DNA of 64,000 nucleotides from Paraphysomonas bandaiensis (taxonomy: Eukaryota; Protista; Chrysophyceae), in contig CBFFRP010000011.1 of the NCBI GenBank assembly GCA_965644295.1, positions 1 to 64,000 on the forward strand, written 5' to 3'. The notes beneath the pieces are model-generated. The model did not search any database. It was not told the origin of the DNA and saw nothing but the letters and a program-made list of their open reading frames with translations. The number at the start of each line of letters is the position of its first letter. Position 1 is the first letter of the stretch. Made by a program: the position numbers and the translations under genes. Shown here piece by piece: positions 28,490 through 41,000 of this stretch.

Positions 28490-30284
28490 GCCGTAAAGTC
28501 TGGAGAATCTTTTCATCAAACCGAGGCATATGGTAGGTATCATGTGCTCTATGTTTGATGTTGAGAATGGTGGTATGAATAATGCAGCCGATACAATAAT
28601 GTGGTGCTATCTAGTCTTTTGTGGGTGTTGTTTCGCTTGTTCTAATGCGTAATTTGAACCCAGTTGCATCTCTCCACTGAATGCTGATGTGTTGATTGAT
28701 ATCGCTGCATGACTGTGCTACCGTACTATCACTCTTCTACTCCTACTAGATTGAATGAATGAATTTGATGTGACTACTCGTGACCGCTTAGCATCCTTAC
28801 ACTACCACATGGAGTGCCACACCACCACGGGCACCCTGCACTTGATTGAACGTTCCTGCTATACATGATTACTTTACCTTCAATGTACTGGACTCAGTGG
28901 ATAGGCAATATTGCTTACGCTGTCGCAGGCCATTTCTTATCGTACGTGCTGGTAACAGCCTGTTTTGAAACATAGATAGTAGTCAGGGAACTAGCACTAG
29001 CGAGCTACTTGTATTACATAGATTTTCAGAGTCTTTAGTTTATTGGTGTTTAGATTCAAATTACCGGTAAAACACATCATTTTTACCCGTATCAGTAAGT
29101 TTGTTTTACTTTGCCGTGGTTTGTTTATTATCTTCTTGTTTTTTGCTTTGTTTTTTCTTTATAAATGGCCAATATGTTACGGTTATGTCATACAAATATG
29201 TTACGTTTGTGAATAGTGCAGCTTATATTTACTAATTAATAATACTCTTATGGCTAACAATCCTTCGTGAAGAAACCCTGTAGGAATTGAATCTAATTAG
29301 TGCAATATGTAGCTGTTGTGTAAGTTATCCCATAGAAGTATTTATTGTACAGCTACTTATCTAAAGCACACATGCGACGTAACTCAGGCAGATGTGTAGG
29401 TATGTTGTATGTAGTGAGTCTGCAGCAGATGATATGTCCGTGGGGGTGTAAACAACGTTGTATTGACAAACCTGCACTCAATACAGACAACACCTAATAG
29501 CGTTAAGAATAATTGCTATGACTTGTACACAATATATATAGGTATATTTATTTCATTATATTTACAATCGTTTATTATATTATTCACTATATCAGGGCAA
29601 TATATATCTGTAAGTTATACGCATTTCAGCAACAAGCATTCCCGTCGTTGAGCATTGAGAAGATAGCATTGAGCTAAACAAAACCTGTACATATATAGAA
29701 TACCTACATCACACTCACTACCCTGACTGTACTTCAGTCCTGTCACCCTCAACTGGTTATACACTGCGGGCTCCTTGTATGTTGTAACTTACTATTTAAA
29801 ATTCACTTACAACAACACCCCACTTCACCTATGTTTCCTACCCAATATCGATATCATATCTTCCTCTTCATTGTCCTCTACAGAGTACTCCAGATATCCT
29901 CTCCTATATCTCATAAGCTACGAAGATCTCTGCATGGGAGCATCTGCACCAAAGATACGCTTATCCGTATTCCCATATACAGCTGTATACTGCCATTAGA
30001 AAAGTCGAGAACAAAAATTCCAACCATTTTTTTCCCATGACAGTCTGCTGTATATGCATATGAGGTGTGTGCAGAGTGTATGTGCGTATCCATATCGAGT
30101 GAGTACCTTCCACATGCATGTCTAGTCTCAGTCTACAGCAGGTAGTAGCACACAGCAGGATGCAGTCCATATGATGGGCGGTATGTATGTATCTATATAT
30201 CCATCTCCTCACTACCGCCATATATGAGTATCATCATATAATCCCATTACAACCATCACACGGAGTATTTAACGAATCATCACA

Positions 30285-32719
30285 ATGAGTGGGCCTGATA
30301 AAATCCCTCTACGAGCTATTCGTTTCCGCATCGCAGTGTGCATAGCGCTGATGATGTTTTCTCTGGATTCACTAAAGTAACACTCCGTATAACATACATG
30401 TGTGGCTATGTATATAAGTGTATATATATGTGTGTGTAGACGTTACTGTATCGTATTGCATCGTATGGCTTCATGCATAATTTAATATACTTCAACTATA
30501 TTTTGATGGGCATAACTCTCTCTCTGCAGCCCAGTGAAGATATTCTGCGCTGCTATAGGATTTAAGACGCATTGGGTGGCAGTAGTATCTTTCATAGTAT
30601 GTGTGGCTATCGTCGCAACTAATGCTCAAGATTTAGTGTATTTTACAACTAAGGTTTGTCGTTTACTATATGTGTAATATGAGTTGATTTAATTGGATCA
30701 AAAGGTATTTCTCCACTCTATATTATCGATATTCTTCTCTTCTGTTGAAGTAATCGGCAAACAAAACATTCCTAGTCATGGCCCTATCATATTTACTGGC
30801 AACCATATGAACCAATTTGTGGATGCTCTTATTATGCTGGTTACGAATCCACATAAAGTAGGATTTTTGGTTGCTGAGAAAAGTTACAACAAACCCATTA
30901 TAGGACATTTCGCGAAAGCTGTGGGATCTATCCCAGTTACACGTCCCCAGGATGCCGCGGAGAAGGGCCCAGGCCAAATTTCGTTTGATGGGTGCACAGT
31001 TCGCGGTGTTGGCACCTCTTTCACATCACTGAAGATTGGGGACAAAATAAGGCCCGGACGTAATGCAGATGGGCATTCCATTAAGTCAATTGTATCTGAC
31101 ATTGAGCTAATTGTTGCCGACACTGCCAATGTAGAGCCTTGTGGTATCCCAACGACGTACGATATATTACGTTCTGTTGACCAATCTCAGGTATATAATG
31201 AGAGCAGAGCTGGAGCGAGATTGTTCATTGATGTTTGCAGATGTTTGACCGTGTGCATGCAGCACTTGCGCAGGAAGAATGTCTAGCGATATTTCCAGAG
31301 GGTGGATCTCATGACCACACCCATCTGCTACCGCTCAAGGTGCTCCGTATTTACAAATTTATTCACAAAAATAACAAGCGTGTGCTGTGTATACTAACGT
31401 AGGCTGGAATTGCTGCCATTGCATTCGGAGTGATGGAAAAGTATGCGGTAAATGTTCCAATTGTACCCGTGGGGCTCAATTACTATCGCGGCCACCGCTT
31501 CAGAGGCAGAGTGGTGATTGAGTTTGGTGCTCCATTGCGAATAGACAATGAAATGTACCAAGCTTACCGAAAGTCTAAACGAGAGGGCTATCAGCAATTG
31601 CTATCAAGAGTAGAGGACAGTATGAAAGGTACAATGATTGAACGACGAGGCTTATTATAACCTTGTATGCATCGGCACTTAGGTGTATTGGTAACTGCTC
31701 GAGACTACAACGAGCTAAAATTGCTCCATACTGCTCGAAGGTTATATCAAAACCCAACTAAGGTAATATCAACGCAAGAAAAGCAAAACCTTGCTCGGCG
31801 GTTTTCTGTGGGTTTTTCGATTATTAGAGACAAGTATGGTGAAGGGTCAGAAAAGACACTTCCTAATGACATTGAGAAGGTTAGAAAGCGCCTAGCAGAG
31901 TATCAGGCTTCACTAGATGAATGGGGGTTAAGAGATTACCAAATCAATGCTCTGGGTACACCATTTGCTTCTCAACTGCAGACATTTTTTCATGCCCTTT
32001 TGGTATGGATTCTCGCAGTTATACCGTCATTAGTTCTCAACGCGCCAGTTGGATTTGCGGCTCACTATTGGGCACACAGAGAAGCGAAAAAAGATCTCAA
32101 AAACTCACGTGTGAAATTGCATGCTCGAGATGTGCTGCTATCAAAAAAGATATTGTTTTCTCTTGTTGCAGTGCCAGTGTTGTGGCTGTCTTACTCCATA
32201 TTGCTATACACCCTTACTCCATTTTCGCTCGAAACTGTTGTGTTATTTTCACTGGGACTGCCTGTGTTTTCTTATATTGGGGTTATGGCTGTAGAGGCCG
32301 GTATGGTTGATCTTAAAGATTTGAGACCAGCATTTCTTCGACTTCTACCGTCTTTCCGTACGAATGTAGGAATGCTTTCTGACAATAGTATTTTCGTAAC
32401 ATGTAGTCATGTGTAGGTGATCGAAATATTACCCAAGACACGACTAGCACTTCAAATGGAAGTTAAAGATTTGGTCCGAAAATACGGCCCGGAGTTAGGA
32501 GATCTCTACTACAAAGAAGAAGTTCAATGGCATCAAGTGCTGAAGAAAGTAGGATCACGTTCGGATCTAGACGATGAGAAGTTAAACAAACGACTACTTT
32601 CCGATTCGAAGCCATTGTCGTCGGATTCATTAGCGGAACAACAGGAGGCAGCATTTGGTTGCGGTATTGTGGATGTCAATACTGATGGTGGTACTGACCT
32701 ATCAAAGAAACTGAAATAA
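30285..32719 (+). CDS. Glycerol-3-phosphate/DHAP sn-1 acyltransferase, GPT2/SCT1-like (multi-exon)
   Basis: NHMNQFVD (HX4D), IPVTRPQD, FPEGGSHD, IVPVGLNY..HRFRGR and C-terminal TM helices. Confidence 0.88.
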
Positions 32720-33689
32720 ATTATATATACTGAGAACTATTCTATTAAGTGCAGCGAAGTTAGGATACCGTCGTATACACATCATGACTACGCTGTAAAC
32801 TATTATGTGGCAACATCTAATTTATCTCTGGATTTGTCCCATCGTTTCAACGTTGTCTGGGTTAGTGAATCTTTGCAATGTTTCTAAGCACGTAGTTAAT
32901 GTATTAATTCTTTCCACTGATAAATTTTATTCCTACTCCTGGTGATGCAGTTTTCTATATTATATATTTCATTGCTACACAGAATACAGATTGCTGCTAT
33001 CGATCTAGCAATATACAATATACAGTAATATACATTCGAATGGTTTAACCGAACACTCAATAATCAGTAACAATTGTGATCAATATCTCTTACCATTCAT
33101 TGTTATTTACTAAATTATATTCACACTGGTAAGAATCAATATTATCAGATCTTAGATAGTTACAACATTAAACAGTCAATATATTATATATTTCGGTTTT
33201 ACGAATGTAAATCGAATCATATCATTAATTCATGAGTAGCAAACCCCCTGCCTAGTCGCGTCACATGCAATACTTTAAGTAAAAGTCATAATTCAAAAAA
33301 CTTACATATAGAGCTAAATCCAATACGATAATAGTGAACAAATTACAAGTACCAAGTATAAAATATATAATATATAAACTCTTTACATAGAACTTGTTCG
33401 ACAAGTGATGAGTACACAGTTTACTGCTTTGCTTCTTCTTCTTCACTATTATTGAAACTTTTAGAATTCAACACATGGACATTGTCATGGTATATACTAT
33501 ATACATTACTATTTCTAATTTCTACGGTGGTACTGTATTGTGTCTGCTAAAAAGAACAATTACGATAAAACACCACAAAATAATTATTACACTTGTGCTA
33601 ATATTCCACGCACGAGAAGTACAACACAATATAACACCAATGTTGAGAAGTTACATTAAACCAAAACCTTGCCATAAATTAGCATGTCG

Positions 33690-35339
33690 TTATATACAGT
33701 CAGAAATTCTCAGTTCACCTCTTGTTGCCACTTTTCTCAAGTAAGGCTCTACTGCAGAGGCTGCGTCCTTAATTCTAGCTTCCGGAGATTGTGGGAGGTC
33801 TTGGTGCATAAATGCAGGTTTCTGACTGTTGGCAATATCCGCTACGGCCAGAGCATCTGAAGCTGACACTTGAGTAGTTTTCTCGACGCTTTTCGCATGT
33901 TCTAAAAGTTCCATTCTATCAGCTGGGTTCAAAAGAGAACGCGGAGATCGAACACAAGTTTGAAACGGCGGTACCGGTGCCTTTAATTCAGGAGCTCCCG
34001 ATGGTGCAAAGCCCCAGCCAACAGCCATTCCTGCAACACCAGTGGTGTCATTGGCACTGTCTATGCTACTCGACTTTTCTTGGGAGCTCTTTTCAGTGTT
34101 ATCTCTACATCGCATCTCACGTGCTACACTTGCTGCAGGAGTCCTACCCCTCCGGGAACGTACAGAAACTTCCACTTCTGCAAATGGATCAACCGCATGA
34201 TGCACGGATGGAGATAAAGGGCGCTGTCTCAAGGACGATCGGAAATCATGACTGGAGACTCCTGTCTTGATTTCTCGACGACGCTTTTCCACATGTGTCT
34301 GTGATGCTTTAAAATTCTTACGTTGTTTGTAAGTTAGCCGACTGTAATAGTTTAGTTAGTACAGATGCAAGCTTAATGTATGTACAGATAACATAGGAAA
34401 AATTGTCTTACAGATTACGTAGGAGTACAAATTCATAGATAATAAACGCTACACTTACTTGATAGATTCCTCATAAGCCTGAGTTTGCCTCTTTACTACT
34501 CTTAAATACTCTTTATATTCCTCCTCTGTCATGTACTCTTCGTTGGATTCCTCATGACTTCCACCATCTGACGATTCATGAAGAAGGTGCAGAAGTTCCT
34601 TGCGACGATCAGGTGATGTCAGCTTCCAGCCCATCATTCGACCATGTATTAGGTGGGATGGAGCATCGTCGTCAGAAACTGTTGAGGACGACGAAAGGTC
34701 ACCTAATATTCCTGTACGGTCTTTTGGCAGAGAAGCCGTAGAAACAGCCGCTAAAGCCGCGGCTAGGGATTCCTCAGGCCCAATGTGATTATTTCCCTGT
34801 CCATTATTTCTATTGTTAGGTACCAGAGGTTTTGGTTGTGACGTTCTGCTGGTACTGAATTTAGAACCCCTTAAGCAATTAGGGGCGCGCTTCTTTGTCG
34901 GCAGCTGATGTTGTATTGAATGTGCTGCGGGCCTCGGAACAGGTTCTTTCTTGATGGCCTTCAGCTGGTCTTTAGATTTTTTAGCTGGGAACTTACAAGA
35001 CGCTCCAACAATCAGTTTTGGAGTAGGTACATCCTCAGGGAGAGTCACCGTCATATTTTTCAATTTATCTGAAACATCCCCTGTAGTAGAAGGCTTGGTC
35101 CGATGATAAATCGGTGACAGGGGTCTTGATGCGTGTCTGTGAGAGGGGTGAGCGGGACTGGGACTGGCATCGATATCATCGATAGCATATATAGCCAACT
35201 CTCTCGTCTTAAAATCAGTCTCAGGAGTGAATATGTCTCCAGGGCAATACTCTGAGCTCCTCGAGACCACTACACCGGATAGTGATGGAGAAGAGAAGGC
35301 TTTCTCGAATCGTATATCGCCAATTAAACGTAGAGACAT
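33690..35339 (-). CDS. Hypothetical low-complexity protein (2 exons)
   Basis: ORFs 34455-35339 and 33690-34292 can be joined by one intron. S/P-rich with no known domain. Confidence 0.6.
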
Positions 35340-35876
35340 GTGGGGCTAATAGAAGATCATTCAAAGAGATGTGTGTATGTAGAAGTGATAGAGGGATATG
35401 GAGCAGAGGTCTTGACGGTGAACGGAGGAGTTGGGGTGTGATACTTCGTGTTAAATATACAGTGAGGTGACTCTATGTACACTATCGTGGTGGTTACATG
35501 TGTGACAACTGCACCCACAAGAACGAGTACAGCAGCATACTGTACATACAGCAGTATGGAGTACATACATGTAAATATGTTGAGGATCACACTAAAAACT
35601 CTGCATTGAAATCAAGAAAACCTGGTTTTTATACGGCGAAAACTGCACATAGAGAAGTACTCGTACTTATGTACTCTGCTTGGTATATCCGGATCTCTTG
35701 TATAGAAGTACATGTACTCTGCTGTGCACACACGTACTGCTGTACAGCTTCTCCAGGTACTACGCATTTGTGCATTGAGAGACTAGAATGTACCTATCTA
35801 TCCACCCCGCCCGTCACATGCATATATAAGATCCATTAACCACATCTACCTCTACGATAACTCTGTCCCGATCTCA

Positions 35877-37019
35877 ATGCTCCCTACCCTCCTCCTCCTC
35901 CTCACCCTCCTCTCCTCCCCCCTCCCTACTATCCAGTCCTCATACTTCCCCCGTGACACTATCAGCAGAGCTCTCGCATCTGTTAACAACACACACACAC
36001 ACAATCACACTACAGCTATAGTGTTCTATGGACTCCATCCCAAACCAGAGCTCACAGCCGCTGTGTTGAGTCTCATACAAACCCTTCCCTCCGCCTCTGT
36101 CTTCTTCATATCTAACACCGCTGCTGTTCAATTAGATCCTCATATAAAAAAACACGTTGCTGTTATTCATATGGACTCAATGAGTGAGAGTGGAGTGGAT
36201 CCCTCAAGACATGATTCTGAAGTTGTAATGAAAGCTCAAGCACTTATTTCAGGTATATCATATGTGACTATGACATTGATGTGATGTTTGACTACTGCGG
36301 CATTGTTGTGACGTTCTCTGCAGGATGGACTAGAGGCATTCTACCTGAGAATGTGCTGTGTGTGGATATGGATATTATTTTCAACCCATCACCTTCTGAA
36401 GGATACACGATTATGCATGCACTTGATTATCTTAAGGTGTGTGTATTGTGTTTGCTACATTGCCTGAATTGGTAGTAGTGTACGATATGTATGAGTACGT
36501 CAGTTATGTTCAGAATTGTAATTCCTCATCTGATCCTGGTGCAGTACTATGACATAGTAGGAGTTCTTGAAGGGTGGCATCTTCAACTTGGTATGTTTGC
36601 TGTTAGAAAAAAGGGAGCAGGTCTTATGCATGCCTGGATAAATAATTACCGAGAATTCAAAGACATCAGTGCTGAGAGAGGTAGGTTTAAATTAGTTCCA
36701 ATGTATTGTCTGCGTCATGTCGTTATTGATCTGATATAAAGAAGTGTTTTGTTGGGTAACTTCATTTCATTCAGCACTAATGCAAGCTATGGAGAGGAAT
36801 GAGCAGTATCGTCTCTATCCACTTCCTTCAGCTTTCAATTTCAGGCCAAGTACAGTTTTGCCGCCAATGGAGGTGGCGTCCACACCAACCATACTCCAGA
36901 CACACATGTACACAAATTCAAAGAGTAGCATTCGTGATTTCGTGGGACTAGTACGCCATATTGCAGTCACACTGTTAGAGGATATCATGTATAACCTATC
37001 TAGTGTGTACGACATATAG
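35877..37019 (+). CDS. Secreted/membrane hypothetical protein, possible GT-A glycosyltransferase
   Basis: Leu-rich signal peptide, VLCVDMDIIF (DxD) and YPLPSAFNFR. Short introns. Confidence 0.55.
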
Positions 37020-37594
37020 GCCTGTAATCAAATTCAATTGTAGCAGAATTGTGTCTAAAAACTGTAACCTTTGTAACTATATACTGTACAAAGACGATTT
37101 AATATTGAAGTATTTTTTTACTTTTGCCCTTTGTACTACTTATCCTCCTTCGCAATCTCACTATGGGCTTTCCGCATGTGGCACATCTATGCATTGACCA
37201 ACATTCTTAGTTTCATCAAATCATGGCACATCAACCCTCTCCTCCTCATTCGCTACCATTTTGAATTTTTCCCATTTTACAACTTACATCGGTCAGAAAA
37301 GTTAAGTCGTTTGAATCAAAATTCCCTCAACAAAGTCGGACCCGCACTGTTGAATTCTGAGAACAGCATATGTTCATCAGTCAGTTCTATATCTTGTATA
37401 GTCACATATCAGTAACTGAGTTTAATTCCTTTGTACCTATAATCAATACACACTTACACCTATGTGTTGACTTCACCTATTGCACACTATTAACTATTAA
37501 CTCACTTCAATTGCACAACATATATCACATCATATTGCAGAACTCAACAAGGTATATCAACATTCTGCTTGCTCACTGTGTCGGCTTTGATAGC

Positions 37595-37693
37595 GTGGTG
37601 ACGCACACGCAGCTGTCGTAGCGTTGAATATCAGAGTTAAGAGATAAGCACTCACTCCTAAACACCTACTATTGCTAATAATAAGACATTCAC
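37595..37693 (+). repeat. Degenerate, internally shortened copy of the LINE 3' UTR
   Basis: 37595-37630 matches the LINE motif at 31/36. 37669-37693 (CTATTGCTAATAATAAGACATTCAC) matches the LINE terminus. Confidence 0.75.
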
Positions 37694-38016
37694 TACTAGG
37701 GTTAGAATCGGAATGTATAATTAGCTCTTTACGTCTACTATATTCATTAGACGACAACGGTTCACCACTGGATATAGAAGTATAATATGGTCAGAATCAG
37801 TGAATGATTCTCAATCAATATAGTTTCATTGCATCAGATATTATTAACTTATAGTTGAATATCAGCTAGCTAGTCTGACTACATTTCTCAGATGAGCATA
37901 ACTGCGAAAGCAACGTACATTCAGTAGTATATCCGCGGAACCTTCAAAGATATCATCTTAAGGTATGATATTTGCTCATATGCTGTTGTCAATTTTCAAT
38001 TTCCATTACCCTATAC

Positions 38017-41000
38017 TTATGAGACCAGTTTGGCGGAGAGAAGTTCGACAAGTTCGTCACCCAAGTCCCTTGACACTGATTTCACTGCACATAATAAACA
38101 TTATTGACGTCTACCCGAATATACACAATTGAATACACAACATGCAAACATACCAGTAAGCACACATTCTCCCCTAGGTGCCAAGTACTTCATGTGGATC
38201 AATAAGAGGCTTCCCAAAGGAGCAGAGGGGGAAACAACTGACGATGCAAGAGTGGTAGCAAATATAGCCTTCAAAACATTAGTCAGGTTCACAATAGTAC
38301 ATCAGAAGTAGTACAAGTACTACTCAACATTTCACTGCTATATCATATACAAAGAGCCTGTAAGAGGGGAGAATATACCTCGCTAGTTGTTGGAATAGAC
38401 TCAACGTGTGTGATCACATTTCCTGCAACAAGAGCTCCCACTACGTCTTGCAACGTTTTACCACTTCCAATTCTGACTACCTTCTTCATTTCCACGGGTG
38501 TCTGGCCCCATCGACCTCCAAACTCAGCAGTTGTTAACCGTATGGGGTTGTACGAAGGTTGTTTCGGTTCGCTAAATGAAGACGACGAATGAGGCTCAAG
38601 AGTGGGGTCGCTTGTAGATATATTCATATTCGCAAAGGCATCGTATATATTATCATTGTTTGATTTGCTATACATACGCAGAGAAAAGAAGATTAGGATA
38701 AATGCCGGGAGAAAAATATTATAAAATGGAACAATAATGTAATACAATACGCATTAACAGTGTTAGTGAGACTATTTTAGCGAACATACTTTACAGACAT
38801 GACACTTACGTGGCCGGTTCTTTGTTTTCCGTGTTGTTAGCAGTAGCACTTGGAGATAACGTGACCATATCATCAAACATATTCGCTGGAGCTGCCGGCT
38901 GTGGAGCTGGTTGTACAGAGCCCGGGTTAGGGGCTGTAGACATATCAAGCAAATCAAATATATTGTCGTTACTAGCAGATGCTGGTTGTAACTTTGCTGC
39001 AGCAGGTGTATTCGTGGGGGTACCAGCCTTTTGAGACTTCTCAACGTTAGCGGGCGAAGACGGCTGAACTGTAACCGGGGAGGCACCTGCGGATGACGAG
39101 GATCGACGAGCTGCAGAACTTCGTCGTGACACTCCTGTCGAACTACCCCCAATACCGCCAAAGAGCATTGCTGCCATCTTTTCCTTTTCTGTGGGTTCTC
39201 TAGGTGTTTCAGGTGCAGCAGGAGTAGTCTTAGGAGTTTCTTGTTTGGCAGGCTCGTTCTGAGGCTGTGTTGGTGCTGGAGAAGCACTCTTCGGTTGTGT
39301 GCTTGGCTGCTGAGCTGCGGCGGGCGCAGGGGTGGCAGGAGCTTCCATTTTTCTTCCCCACACTTGTGGTACACCCTTGCCAACCAACAGCTGTCCAGAG
39401 GAATTGGCGTTTCCTCCAGCTACAGCAGCTGCATTATCTCCAGCAGGTACTGGAGGTGGTAGAGTATTTGTGTTCGCCCCCATACCCATGACGGGATTAT
39501 GCGTAGCTGGAGGAAGAGTGGGCTTCTCATAAGGGCCAATTTTGAAGCCAGATGTCGTGCTACCTCCCTTGGTGACTGGAACCAAATCAATGTCTTCATC
39601 TTGCTGAAAAACGATACACGTTAGTAATCACGTCGCATTCTTATGTTGTTCGAACTTTGCTATGCAGTTCAAAACTAATTATAGAATACTATTCAAGACT
39701 TACCAAATAACTAGGGGGAGAATATGGCACAGCTCCATTGTTGAGAGCCTTTTGAACAAATCCATCCAAAAACGGCAAATTTGGGTCCACCTACATTACT
39801 CAATGAACATCTAAGCCATAAACACGCAGCTTTTAAAAGGGACCTCGATATCCTCGCAGGAAGCATCCACAGGAAGCACATCGGCCATAAATCCAGACTT
39901 CAGCAATGTCCTGAACTCGTGACACCTGAGAGATACACATATTAGAAATGCAACTTGGTAAAACTTCTAAAATAGGTATGCGATAACGAGACAATTAATA
40001 GTACATAGCAAAACTACATAGAATAATAGCAACCATGGATAGGAGGCATCTTAAACCGAGAAACTACTACATAGAATAATAGCAACCATGGAAAGGAGGC
40101 ATCTTAAATTGAAAAACTTTTACCTTTGCACCACTTCCAGGGATGAAGACTTCGAGAAGTCATTAATATATTTTTGAATAACTGGTGGGCAGACACCGCA
40201 CTGAGCGACCAGTTTCATGATAGCACTGATTGCATAGCACCTGAAACAATGCGCTTATATATGAATACGATGTAGATGCAGAAAATAGACTCAGTAAAAA
40301 CTAAATGTCTAGTACGAGATGGTATCTGATATTCAACAGCTGTATGGAACAAGGAGCACTGTACAACACCAGAACACACTGTATGAATTGTGTGCATAAT
40401 ACCGTGTGGAGGGGTCATTAGTCTGCTTGCATAGCTCTGCAATATCAACCATAATGGCCTCTGGAGTCTTTGTGTGCGATAGATAGCCGTATTCTCCCAG
40501 TACCCAAGAGATAGCCTAACGTTAATACACAAACTCAATCGAGTAGAATGATTTCAAGTCAAATGGTTACAATATACATATAGAAGTATATGCTCAGCGT
40601 GAATGTCAGTCAAAATACTCGCAGATACCATATCTCGATGTCTCATGTAATGCATACCTGAGCAAGAACATCTGGAATCTTCGGTTTATCTAAGAGCATC
40701 AAGAAGTCCTCCACAGCATGACAGCGTAACTCATCATCGAAGCTACGACGTTCTCCAGTTTCTGTTTTTTCAGATGTTATACACAGTGCTATACTTCGTA
40801 TTGTACAGAGCAATTCCACGACACAAAGGCATCATTGACGCACCATCATCCTCGTCATCGTCCATCTCGCTCCCTTCGGCAATCAGCTGCATGAGAGTCT
40901 GAGCCACTGTCATTTTCACCTTGTCCCCAGCAAGCTCGAACACTCTCACAATAGTACTCACAAACCATGAGTTCGATGGTGCAAATCTACATAAAAATCA

